The translations under genes and the position numbers were made by a program. Below are positions 38,613-51,978 of a stretch of 64,000 nucleotides of DNA, piece after piece. Source of the stretch: Lottia gigantea (lineage: Eukaryota); contig NW_008709380.1 in NCBI RefSeq assembly GCF_000327385.1, positions 1,534,552 through 1,598,551 of the forward strand, read 5' to 3'. Every line of letters starts with the position of its first letter. Positions within the stretch are counted from its first letter, which is position 1. The notes under the pieces are model-generated. The model worked only from the letters and a program-made list of their open reading frames with translations, did no database searches and had not been told where the DNA came from.

Positions 38613-39051
38613 CTGTAATCAAAAGAACACAATTACTATTTTATGCAGGTTATTTTTCTTGTCATTTCTTCCAAAGTCTTTCAGGGAGAAATATTTTTCT
38701 AAATTTCTGGCTGAACTTAAACTGTTATAGTGCGTTCATACCACTAAATTTAGTGCAGCTTAACTATCAACCCTTCTTCGAGTCTGATTTACTGTTTTTG
38801 GGTGATCGTTCAGATAGACTAAAAAGTTAAGACAGCTTTGACAGTACCTTTGTAATCATAGGTCATAATACTGTTTTCAATGCGCATTTTGACACGCGTT
38901 CACGAGGGCTCTCTTTAGACCCTAACTAAAGTGGCTATATTAGAAAGTTTGGTCTAATTTCAATTCTACTGTTTCTATATATTTCAACTTTGAAAAGTAT
39001 TGAAACACAATCTTATTTATCGTTTTCACTCTGGACAATTCATACACTTAC

Positions 39052-39129
39052 CTTATTAAATTTATCTTTGTTTACAGAAATAATACCATTAGAGAATTTA
39101 TCGAAGTCTACATTCTCTATAACATCATC
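39052..39129 (-). CDS. RARS2: ArgRS exon (DDVIENVDFDKFSNGIISVNKDKFNK)
   Basis: Acceptor ttattttatag|GATGAT, donor AATAAG|gtaagt, phase 0/0. Aligns to RARS2 [25 protein letters not shown]. Confidence 0.65.
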
Positions 39130-39505
39130 CTATAAAATAAGTTTCAAGCTTTTTTATCATCTGATTACTCTACAGCTCCAGAATTATGTCTTTCTTATCT
39201 AAAGTTTAATTATTCAATCTCATGTTGTGCAATACTGACATCATAACCTGGTCAAGCTAGTCCAGAATAAGGAACTTAAAAAGTTTATGTAATTCTTCAG
39301 TAGTTTTAGCATTAAAATATTAACGGAAGGATTTTTTTAGTTAAAATAAGATAAGGCAAGGGACACATATCACTTCATTTTGTTCTACAGTTTTTAGTGA
39401 TTTGAGCATCTAGTACTGTTTCAACTAAAAAAAAACCAGACTGCTCCTATAAACTTGAAGTTTCATTCCAGGTAAAAAAGTAGTACTGGTATATATTTCC
39501 CTTAC

Positions 39506-39575
39506 TTCAGGTAAATTTTTCAATAACTGGTTGTCAATTATATCTGGCTTGAGAATAAACATTGGCTGAGTGGTA
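39506..39575 (-). CDS. RARS2: Mitochondrial-type arginyl-tRNA synthetase exon (TTQPMFILKPDIIDNQLLKNLPE)
   Basis: Acceptor tttctatttatttag|T (phase 2), donor GAA|gtaagg. KPDIIDNQLLKNLPE aligns to RARS2 RPDIQVQAKRLAEKL. Confidence 0.55.
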
Positions 39576-39774
39576 CTAAATAAATAGAAAATGACAACTC
39601 ATTATGGTAAGTTCAGTTCTTCTGTTTTCTTCAGATAAATTCTTAGTGCAGAAAATGATAATCAAGAATAGTATTTACAGACACTGTCAACCAGTCTTCG
39701 GGTTTACTGTTTATTCATCCAGTTGTTGGTTCTGCAAAGTGAAAAAATAAGAAGCCATCCTATTCCCTCCTAAC

Positions 39775-39899
39775 AACAATGAGTTTAACAGGCTGGCTGT
39801 GGCTGTTGAACAGGATGACTGGAATGTCAATGAAATTTTCAACAAAACAACACGAAGTGCTGCTGTAAGTTGTTTTGGTTTGCTAGCTCCTATCACCAA
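39775..39899 (-). CDS. Possible upstream coding exon of the ArgRS gene (N-terminal add-1 region); boundaries and start codon unresolved
   Basis: An open frame continues upstream of E(39575). It reads ...KQLTAALRVVLLKISLTFQSSCSTATASLLNSL, loosely like the RARS2 N-terminus (...CQLSRVLNL...FQLSVDSLLEK). A phase-2 donor candidate TTGTT|gttagg near 39775 would join correctly to the phase-2 acceptor at 39575. No ATG was identified; the open frame continues further upstream. Confidence 0.3.
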
Positions 39900-40488
39900 C
39901 CAGTAATAACACTGGGTTTGCTCTCCATCAATTTCTGATTGTATGAGGCCTATTTTAAATTACCGATACCTTTTATGTGGTCTACAGTTATTATATAAAT
40001 GTTTCTCCAAATTATTATCTTTTCCAAGTGATCTTACCAGCTGAAATAACAAAATAAATATTTGCCCTATTTATGTGGCACTTTCCAGACCAAGTATGGC
40101 ACTGTAAAAACTATTTACATACGATTTACATACTAGCTTAAATTGTAGGCTTAAATACTCCTCTGCCTATGCTTCTACTTCTTCCAGTATCAGTAAGAAA
40201 GGTGTTCATTGAACAAGAAAGAGTGAAGACAGAAGGATATGTGCTCACATAGCTTAATTACCCGATTTACAAGGATTTTTCTTATACAGGTAGCCATATC
40301 TGCTGTTATTACTGACAATTTATTGATTTCTATGATCAACTTGTAGGTATGTAATTATTGTGATCACATTGACCGACTGGGGGCTGACATTTTGTATGGG
40401 AGTTAACTCTAGAAAATGATCAAAAGACACAGACCACAATGGTGCTAATCAAGTCATAGTCCTGCAAGATGTTACAAAAAATAATATG

Positions 40489-40600
40489 AATGGAGTTTTA
40501 CGTCATACTTTTCTGCAACTTATGGGTTAACGAAGACGGGAAACGCCATGCAGTGTGCGATGAAGTAATTTTTTTTAATAAACTTCTCTTTTTCGTGGTC
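40489..40600 (+). mobile_element. SINE-like family A, head fragment followed by the 20-bp tandem tail
   Basis: GAATGGAGTTTTACGTCATACTTTTCTGCAACTTATGGGTTAACGAAGACGGGAAACGCCATGCAGTGTGCGATGAAG is about 80% identical to the 34756 head. Confidence 0.6.
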
Positions 40601-40660
40601 AGATTAGAATATCTTTTTTACTGTCAATTCACAAGTTTACAAAGTAAAATTAGTAAAGCT

Positions 40661-40786
40661 GCTATTCTGTAATTATTGTGCTGTTCTGTAATCATTGTGC
40701 TGTTCTGTAATTATTGTGCTGCTCTGTAATTATTGTGCTGTTCTGTAATTATTGTGCTGTTCTGTAATTATTGTGGAACAATAGGC
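40661..40786. repeat. 20-bp tandem repeat (ATTATTGTGCTGTTCTGTAA) x ~6, forming the tail of a SINE-like copy
   Basis: Direct reading. It lies immediately 3' of the SINE-A head at 40489-40600. Confidence 0.9.
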
Positions 40787-41762
40787 CTTGATCCACTTTG
40801 ATTTCCAAAATTTATTTCACAGCATTTAAAACAATTTGTCAAACTTTGATCATGTCATCCTTTTGGAATGTTCATACAGAAATATTTCTCATCACTACCA
40901 CACATTATACATATAAAATGAAGTGGTGTTTTCCTCAAAATAAATGTCATTCATCATCAAATAGTCTAACAGTTTGGGTTGACTGAATGTAGCCTACATC
41001 AGCATCCCCCAATTTCCTCAGGCCTACATCAAAATTCAATTATGCAAAATAAGCCAGTTTTACATGTGAAATTATGTAGGTCTACATTAATTCATATGGT
41101 CTATGGTGTAAGTGTAATTATAATTATCCTTTGCATTATTCCCTGAGGAGAGTCAGATTATGGAGTGGACAAGTTTTGTAGCCTGGCAAGTCTCTGACGC
41201 TAAGAAATTACCTGGCCAATCTTATCAACTTAATGCTGCTAGATAATGTTCATCTCATATACAATAACTAACATTGGCGAAGGTTGAGTCGAATGGTGCG
41301 TGGCAGAGATACAGAATGGTATATTGACAGCACCATCGTAAGGGTGGGGTCTGTGGGGGCTGGGCCCCAGCAAGTGAGAATTAAGGCCCAGCTAAATCTT
41401 CTTCAGTTCAGAGATTTACAGAGTTTTTGTACAAAACCAAATGATATAGATTTCAATACGTTTTTGGCACCTCAAAATTGTCATAAATGAATTCTCTGGG
41501 CCTTTAATTCTTCAAATTTACAAACTCTGAGCCCCAGCACCAAATCATTCCTGGCAACGGGGCTGCATATTTCAATTGAGATATCATAAGAGTGAACATT
41601 CCTGCCTCATTAGCATTAGAAAATCCACCACAATAGCCACGGTAGTCATAGTGGAGCTCAAATTCCACAAATATTTTTAGACCGAATAATAAATGAAAAC
41701 AACCAATATTAGCATCACATAAAGCTTTATTTCTGGAAGCGCAATATTGTCATTACTGTAGC

Positions 41763-41794
<32 letters not shown>

Positions 41795-41796
41795 TA
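41763..41796. repeat. (AAT)n microsatellite, ~11 units
   Basis: Direct reading. A smaller (AAT)6 sits at 46026-46044. Confidence 0.9.
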
Positions 41797-44700
41797 GAAG
41801 TAAAGATAAGAGATATAATATATAAGATAGAATCAACATTGTAGTAAATTTCGCCTAAAGCACTTAAACAATGACAGTAACATATAATGTTGCACATTAA
41901 TAATGAAAGAAAAAACATTTCTAGATAGCATTAAATTGTACTAGAAAAAGCTATTAGCCTTAGAGACAAGATTTTTAAACTTATACATTATAATTCGCTT
42001 GGCGTGTATGTATAACATATCAACATTCGCAAAAAACAAGACAAAGCTTATTGTTTTGAATATCTTTAGAAGAGACAAGCTAGGTGATAAAAATTACATT
42101 TGGAAATAAACTAGTAGGGTTAATATTTGGACTGAATTAAAATATTCTAATATTACATAAATATCATTGCAGGTGTAAAAATGTAAATTTTGAGCTAGAT
42201 ATCAAAATGAAAATGACCTGCAGACAGAGTAACAATACCCAAGACTATCATAAGTATTTTCTAGTAATTTGTCTCAACCATTTTTAAAAATATCTTTAAA
42301 AAACAATTTGAATATTTAAAAACAGAAACAAACTGATGTATTAATCTCTTGACTCCTATAATATCACACAATTTTATTCAAGGCATGCATATTTAGGTAA
42401 TTTAAAGGAATCTGATTGGATGGCATTCTCACCTTAGACTAACCAATCAAAGTTCTAATCGATATTAAAGATAAGACAATTATTCAGATGTTTGCAACAA
42501 CAGACCTTGGATTTGTTTCTCTAATACATGTACATTGCTTTTGGAACAAAACATCACCAATTCGACAAAGGTAAAATAGTAACAGTAAAAGTCTGTGTCC
42601 AGGATAGAACTATATCAATAGTTCACATTTCAGAAAAACTACTGAGGACAAATATAATTATGCCCATTCAGAGAGGTTTACGATGCAAGTCCAATGTGAT
42701 TTGACTCCAGATCAACTGTTCATGGATACATTTGAAAATATCCCTGGATGTGCATAAATACCTTTCCCTGACAATATACTTTGTTTCCTATCTAAGAATA
42801 AAGGAAGATTTTATACAAATCTAGACCTCACTCAATCAGCCTGACTCAAAATAAGGTTAATGTGAATCAAATCGCAAAAGCAATTGCCCAGAGAAATCAA
42901 GTGAATATACAACTGGATTAATTTTGACTAATACTTTCGCCATTAGTCCTATAGACACAGACACAACCCATAACAATATTAGTATACAAGTATATCTATA
43001 TAGATAGAGCAATGATTTAGAGTGTGGTATTAAGTTATAGATGCACAGATATAAAGCTTTTGTGTATTTTATATAATAAACAGATAATTGTGTATTTGAT
43101 ACTAGTAACAGTAATGAGTCAGTGATTTGAACCAGTTTGGGTTAAATTTAACTGTGTTAATTTCTTGGTTAAGTGTTAGTAAAAAAATAAATCTTGATAT
43201 TTTTCGACATTGGTTATTTCCTTCACAAACATCCTTACAAAGCTTAAATTAAACTATCTGTAGTACTTATCAGAATTGAAATCTGATGTCCACTTTACTA
43301 ACAATTATTTACAATATCATGGTCAGTTAGGACTTTTCATGTCAGGTTACTGCCTGTGAGATTTTTTCGTAATGTCCAGGAAGTGATAACAGTCTAAACA
43401 GTCTTTAGTTTAAATAACAAACAGCGGAACCAGGCATCAATTTTAAAAAGTGATACAGGTAACTTAAATTGAAAACTGGTAAAGCAAGTATTTAAATAAA
43501 TAATAAAACAATTTTTATTCTGGTCATTCCTAACTCATTACTGTACCATGTGAACGGACGGGCAAACCACAGACACCACTCTTTAAGTATTAATCAAGCT
43601 TAATAATAAGATTAATTAATAATCCCTCAAATAATACAAAAATAAAGACAACTATATCATTTACAAAAAACATCACGAATACAAAGCAATTTTATGTCAA
43701 AAATCACAATTTTTATTTTGACAATTAAAATTTGGCCCCATCTTTAACTTCATACGCTGGTGGTATCATTTGTTTAAAACAAACATATTTTTGTAAATAT
43801 TAAAACAAAAACAATACAAAAACAAATAATAAGAAAAAAAGAATTAAATCAAAAACAATACTAAGAATAATACAAAAGAATATCATGCTTTTAAAAAGCG
43901 ACATGGAAAGCACATTATATGTCTACTTAAAGCCTAACTAAGTTATATAATATTTAATCTACATATAGAAATAATAATATACATTGAATAAAATAAACTT
44001 CTTTGGTCTGTCATGTTTTGTGACATGTGTCGTTTGGTTTTGGTTAATATGATTTGGTTTGCATGATAATAAAAATTTGTACAAGAGTTTTAACATGATA
44101 TCTTATTCCACTGTTACTTCAACTAGTCAATTTTAATATCTAGGTAAAGGGCATCACTTCTCAGGTTGAAAAATTCTACAAATAGATTTTTTTAAATTTA
44201 AAAGGTTAATGTCTGTATCCAGGTTAAATAATACTTGCTGTTAAGTTTTAAACAGACATTATGTTAATCAAAAACTAAGGTCGGATTTAAATTCACCAAG
44301 GTAAGATGGCTAACTAAAGGGAACTTTATCTGCTGCTAAAGCAACCATTTTGAGGCCAATTTTCAATGGGAAAAAGAAACATTTTAATATTGCAGCTTTT
44401 AAATATTTAAGAAATATCAACTTTAACTTTGACTTATCAATATAAGGCAATCTATCTTTAATATTAGTCCTAACACTCAGTTATTTACACTTTATTGTTA
44501 AATGCCTGGGGGCAGACAGAGAGAACAATTTAAAAATTAATTTTAAGTTAAGTTACAGATTTACATATCATACAAAAAACTTAAGTCTGAATAACATGAA
44601 CTTTTATGTTGACTATAGTACCACTATAAGACAATTTTATGGAATCTACCATGTTCCTTTAGCAACGGTCCAATGATTAACATGAAGTGTAGTGATTGCA

Positions 44701-47700
44701 GATATTGGTGTCAATTTCAAGATTTGATGGCTCTCTAAGTACCTTACATGTGCAAAATCTCCAATATCATGATGGCAATATTTCTTTGATAATATATAGT
44801 TTTCCACTACCCTGTTTCATTTCGATTCAATCTGAAGCTTAAACTTATGTCAAAGTAAAAATTGGAAAATTTTGATTTGTGGTAATTTGCATCAAGAGGA
44901 GGCAACTCATAGAATATTGCTGTATTCGAACATTTTCATCAAGAAATAATATCATTTAAATAGTGATCATTGAGAATTAACATATCAAATTTAACTTTAT
45001 CTTAACTTATCATATATTTTTACTTTGTGACCTAGGCCAGTGCTTTTATGATCATTATGTTCTCATCACCATCTAACAGAACAAAAATATATCAAGATTT
45101 TAATCAATTATTTTAATTTTATTTTATTAAAATATAGAGGTATATATCAATTAGCTCTAGACTCTCATGTTTCCAAAACATATCTTCTCATTGTTAATTC
45201 TACATATTTGCATATATATGAAAATTTGTTTTTTTATTTTTAAATATAATCGGATGTCAAATTAAAGAAACTAGTCAGACAAATTTATTATTTAGTAATA
45301 TCATATAGCAGCAGTTTTTACATTTCTAATGAAGTATTTATCATGCAGAATGGAATAACATGACATATGCCATAAACAGAGTTCATAAATATGCATAAAA
45401 TAGAAATTGTCAGAAGAGAAAACCTTGATATGTATAACATGTCTTATCAAATATGAAACTCATTAGCTTCAGATATTTTGAAAGTCAGATAATCAGTATA
45501 TTCAATTTGCTATTGTGAAAATAAAAAAATATGGAACCCTTATGTCGTATTTGTTTATAGCTCAAGGGAATTAATTTAAGTAATTCACAGTATTCTTATT
45601 ACTGTCTATCTACTAGAATTAATTTTCATATGAAATGTGGTTTCCATCTTGCCATTGGATGCAGTAATTTGATCACAGTAAATTTTATCACACGGTAAAT
45701 TGATCATAGTATATTGTTCATAGTGTATCAAAATTATAACAATTTCTGTGACAAATCTACTAGGTCAATTTTACTTGTGACCAATTTGCCTGTGACCAGT
45801 ATTCTGTGACCAGTTTGCAGTGAACAGACAATATATAGCATTTCCAAACCAGGGTGCCATTTTATGGTGCTTTATCAAATTTCTAGGGTTCCATATTTTT
45901 CAAGTGAACAAAATTTGATATTCAAATCCTTTGTGGCAAGCCTTGTCATGTCATGCATGCGCAATTTGAAATAAAAAGAGTTAAACAAAAGTATATAAAT
46001 GGTAAATAAGTGGTTACTGTGAATATATAATAATAATAATAATAAGTTGATATAGATCACTAACAAAAAAATAAACACAAATAAACAATCATTAGATTGT
46101 CTTTCACAATACTTTTAGTATTTAAATTTAGAGCAACAAAGAATACCTAATTGAAAATCTAAGTCCAGAAAAAACTAGATGAGCAGTGTAGGAAACAACA
46201 ACAATAATCTGCCATTAAATGATGTCTAAATAATGCTAATGATGAAATGAGATAATTAAATGTCATGTTTTAACAATAGTCAACAATGGTTTATGAAAAT
46301 GTGATTTGATCTATTAGTTTTGTATCATTGAAAATCAACACTCACAATTCTAAAATGAATTTACATGTTTTTGCCCTATACATATGAGAAGCTTCGTTGA
46401 TTTGTTCTCTTTCAGCTTATAGGTATATTATTTGAATTTAAATACTTTTTTATCCACAAGGCATCTTTTGACAAACCATGCAAAGAATATCTCAGATGCA
46501 CATGAAAGCTTTGTTAAATTTTAAATTCAGGAATCAAGTCACTGACATGTCTATAGCAGACATGTCATAAATATAATACCTTTATAACAATCAAAATCAT
46601 TTCCTTTTTGGTTCATCTGAACTTAGTAAAATTTATTACTTTTGTTAGAATATAAATATTAGTTTCTTAACTTTCACACTTTATCAAAATTGCATATGAA
46701 TGTGCAAAAATTGTTGAATTTACATCGTTTTACGTAAGGCTATTGTTTAATTTGTCTTCATAACTTTTGTAGCTCAGACTTAGTTTTTGTTCATCAGTTT
46801 TTATTTTCAAATATCTGCCACCAACATTAGTGTCACATATATCAAATGGAAAGAATTGAAATTTACAAGCTAGATATCTTCTAGATCACTGTGACATATG
46901 ATATAAATGAAACAGTTTTTATAAATCCATATATAATATTAAGATGAAGCCATATTTTTTAATCAGAGAGAAGTTCAGTGATAATGAAATTAATTTCTAT
47001 TTCTAACCATTGTGACAGGTATTTGACATGGTAGACATAAGAACAAATGAGTCAAAAACCTTCAGGATAAATTTGATTTAGAAAAAATAAAATATCTGGA
47101 TGTATTTTTTTTCAAATACAATTCAAGGTTTTGGACACTCTTGGAGAACTATTGTTGGAATTAAAACATTATGGTTATAGTTATAAAACAATGTTATTTT
47201 CCCTATAACTCAACATTAATGAATATTATCAGATCAATGTTACCAAACCATAATAGGTGGATGGTCTGCAATCACTCTCATCAAATCAAATCGTGTATCT
47301 TTGGTTATATCTTAGTGATACTTTGGTCTAAAATGAAAGGATGGATGAATATGAATGAATGAAATGATTGATATCACAATAAAGCTATATGATGTAACTT
47401 CTAGGAATATAATATATAATATGTAATATTTGTAGCTGCATATAGAACATTATACCCAGGGCAGGATAGGAGAAGCCATTTTGTGTCTGTCATTTTGTTT
47501 CAAAAGAAATATGGAGCAGTTCAAATAACCGCTGGCAAATTTGAATGTTTATTTTATGATTTTTGATAAATGGGGCCCTGGTCCATAGAGGGTACCTTTA
47601 TAAACTTATTTTGTATTTTTAAGAAAAATGACAATGTCAACAGTTCTTCACATGAACATTTTCAAGAAAAGGTTCTGGAAAACTAAAAAGAATGGTATTT

Positions 47701-50700
47701 TTTCCTCTACATTTGCTTCTCCTAACATGTTCAAGGTATTAGAAAACAATCTTATCTTAACATTATCTTTTCAAGGCACATCGTAACTTTTGGTCAAACT
47801 AAAATCTTCATATCAACAAATAGGCCATTTAATATTTATTTTACAAAGTGATTTCATCACTAAAATAAACACACACTCTTTTGGACCTGAAGTTAGTTGG
47901 CATATATCAGATTGAATATCAAACTTTCTCTGGCTAAAAAATCAAAGTTATTAATCATACAAGCCTGTTGTAATATGCCTGAAACACACCACTAGCATAA
48001 GTGCTGAACTGTCAGAAGACAGAAGCACACATTGCAGACTACATAATGTATCATCAGCTAAATTCAGGTCCAAAACTTTACAATTTGACTTTGTTTGACC
48101 ATAGCTTTAACGGAACGGATCAATTCTTGGAATTTAATCTATAACATTTCACAAAAATATTCCTAGAATTTGAGCCATTTCATTAAAATCTCTCACTCAT
48201 TACATAAATTTCACAAGATTAATCATTTTCAAATTTCAGAAAAGTTCCAAATGCAAATGTTATAATAATACACTGGCTACATTAAATTATATACAGTAAA
48301 TGAAACATACAATAATATTAATCTGTATCCAGATGCAATTTCAGGAATGGTACCTGCTGGCATTCAGATGACATTTCTAAGTGGAATTGGTTTGAGAATT
48401 TTTGTCAATGCTGTTCTTCCCCATGCTGATTGATTAATTACAGACTTTGTTTCATAAACCTCATGCTTTCAACTAGCAAAATTAGGATACATTAGGCCCT
48501 ACCTCGTCTGCCAAAATGTAATATGCACCCATAATGCAGGAATTTTTAACCTATTTCTTGATTGCTGAGACACTGTATAAAAGCTACATTCAGATTCTAA
48601 TGGACCAAAACACGCTTAATCTCTTGTACCTGTTAAAGCATAAAATGACTAATGTCTTGTCTTGTGAGGTTCCTGAAAACAAGCACCATATTTGCAGGAA
48701 CTGAATACAGATTAATAGTTATACTCTAATCAACTACATGATGTTATATTTTGATTAACAAACCTGCAGTATGATCATACTTTGTTTACAAATACAGCTA
48801 TATATCATCTCCTGTCAACAAAAACATTAAAATATCCTTTTAAAGTGTGACCACAAGTAAACAAAAATATTAGACAAAAACTAAACCTTAATATTGATGA
48901 ATGTACAAAGCTAATTAATGAAAAATGTAAACTGATGACTATGTCCTATAATTAGTTTGGACATCAAAGACAAAAGCATTGAGTATTATATATCTCAACT
49001 ACAATAGCCACTACTATAATGCTTAAAGCATAACAATTATATTTACAATTAGAGCAAAATTTCATCTATGGCCTAATACCTTTGATTTGCCTTTGATTTT
49101 TCTTAACTTAGTCACTTAGTGACCAATATTACAGACAGCTATTTGTTGAAATACTGCATTTAATGTATAAGATCATTCAAAAGATCTTTTTTAACCTTGA
49201 GCACTCTCCAGAGTTAAATGGTCATCTTTCCTATACCACCATGCATTTAAATTGCCAATGTTTCACCAATGCAGATAAATTCAACAAATCATGAAATTAA
49301 GAGTTTTGAAATCTAGTAAAAAATGTTAAAATGATAAAAATGAATGATTCTTTGGTAGTAAAAAAAACGTAATACCAACAATTTGTGCCTTATTAAACAT
49401 AAGTTGTACCAAAATATATAGTTTAATAATAGTTAGATAAAAGTTCTAAATTGAGCTAAATTGTCTGAAATATTAGTTCAACAAAAATTGTTAAGACATA
49501 ACTATGAATGAGCCAAAATGTTTGATACCTTTAAACTGAATAAGATTGTTTGATTTGTAAGGTTATATATGTATGACAAGAATAATTCCATAGTTTTACT
49601 GCTTGAAGTCCTAATTCATATTCTTGGCTTAACAATGTTTCTTCCGATACTGAAACCCCTACATTTCCTATTTGAATTTGTGACCAATTGAATTTCAAGC
49701 CCATAGCATATGAGCCAATTTCTTTGAAAGGTTGGGATTCCAGATGATGAAGACTTTTGGACAGTTTGGGCCTGTTTCTAAAAAATTTAACTTCAATTAC
49801 GACGTCAAGAGAATACAACAGAATTCAAAATTAGTCTTAATGATTGACTACCAAATGACCAAAACACTCAAATCAATCTAATATAAGTCTTCATAAAATC
49901 AGGCCTTTACAGCAGTAAAATTATTGAATTTGCTCTGGTAATAACTACAATATGGTTAAACACCATCAATGTTAGTAAAAATGTTTTGTTCTAAATGCTA
50001 TAATGATTAATGAATATACAATGGACAATTTTGATTAGTTCAAGTTATCTTTGGTTCTGCATTTAATCATATACAAAAAAAAATATTAACATAATATCTT
50101 GATTGCCTATCAAGACACAAACAAAATATTGGACCCAAAATGTTGTTGTTTGTTGGGAACCACTATCATACAATAAAATACACAAAATACTGAGGAAAAT
50201 GAACGTATAAGGAGCTCCTATTTTGTTTTAAGTACAGTTGGGGCAAACCTTTTATTGTGTACATACAGTACACAGTCATATATATATGTACATAGTATGA
50301 GCATAATAAAATGAAAAAAAAAAAGAAAAAATAATGAAAATTAAAATATACTTCAAAGAAAAGTAAAAATCAAATATTATATTGTATATACTGCAGACGT
50401 TTTTCAAAGATTTTTTTTCCAAATTGCTTATTTAGGCTTAGTAGCTACACAACCAAAAACATAATATACTAAATCAAGGGCAATTCTGTAAAATATACCT
50501 TTCATGGAAATCATGTTGATTTCATAAATATCTGAAAATATTCAGACAAATTTATATTCTTAAAGAAATTACAAATCTCCAGATTAGCTAATACATACAG
50601 TAATCTAAATTAGACAATGTAAAAGTCAACCCAGACATGTTCAGATAGAAACGGATATATATTAGTTTTATTTCTACAGTTTAATCATATGATGTTACTT

Positions 50701-51978
50701 CATAGTTTTATTGATTTTTACAATATGCAGTCGGTAAGAATAACTAATCTACATTTGACTTGTACATCATGTCTGCAACTTCAAGTCTTTTTACTGAAGA
50801 TAAGTAATTTGTATCCATGCAACATATAAAAAAATCCAATTTGAAACGTGTACATTATAGATATCTTAACCAATTTGAGCTTACAGACGATGCTATTTTG
50901 CTCTTGCAATATATCATTTCTGATAATGGAAATTTCACCTTTGATCACAAATACCTATTTGGATCATATTATAACCATGCACAATACCATTAGGTTCCAT
51001 TGTTCTAGCTACAGTTTTATATGATAAAATACAATATATTATAATAAACTTTGAAAAATGTCTGCAGTATACATCTATATTAAATGTTCATGTGCTCTTT
51101 ACAACCAAACCAAATGTTACAAGGCCCTATTAAATTTGTTCTAGTAGACTAACACAAGGCACTCTGAGAAATTTCATGTAAATTTTACGTCATAAAACAA
51201 GAAATGCATCTTTCCCTTTATATTATCAATTTAACAACAAGGCGCAAAAAAGCCAATTCTATTTCCGAAGTTAATTTCGTTTCTATTGTGTGTTCACTTA
51301 ATAGTACAGACTTCAAAAAGATTAAGCTTATGTCATTTATGTATGTGTACTTTTTAATCTGTAGTTTTTCAACATTATCCATGATTTTTGTAAAAATCAA
51401 TGAAATTACAAATTTTACGACATAACTTTTAGTTCAGTGGAAAAAAAAATCATTTCTATGTGACTTAAATTAACAAAAAAATATCCCAGTGCAATGGAAT
51501 TAAAATGCCATTTTTCTAGAATTTATGTAGGTTTAAGATCAATTGTTTTTTCTTTAAATATTTAGAAATAAACAAAATTAAAGATTTTGAAAACTAGATT
51601 TGATCTAGTATAATCAAATAACAGAAAAATAAAGAAGGTTGTTTATATACATTAAAATGAAACAAATTGAGTATTAATGATATAACTAAACAAAAAAAAT
51701 CTAAAAAAATTCATGCAACAATTTGCCATGAAATCACAACAATTGTATAATATTTGAAGAATTAAAGTCTCCATTTAATGTTTAACTTCTGAGACTTTTT
51801 GATATGGCACAAATCAACGTTGTAGTAGTTCTCTATCTTAACAAACAAAATAATAAACATAATCTTTCAGACTAAATACTTCATTAAATGCACAACTAAT
51901 CAACTCTTTCATTAAATGCAATCAAGGTGCATCCGACCCCAAAATAGCACTTTTACTGAATAACATTAACAGTTTTTG

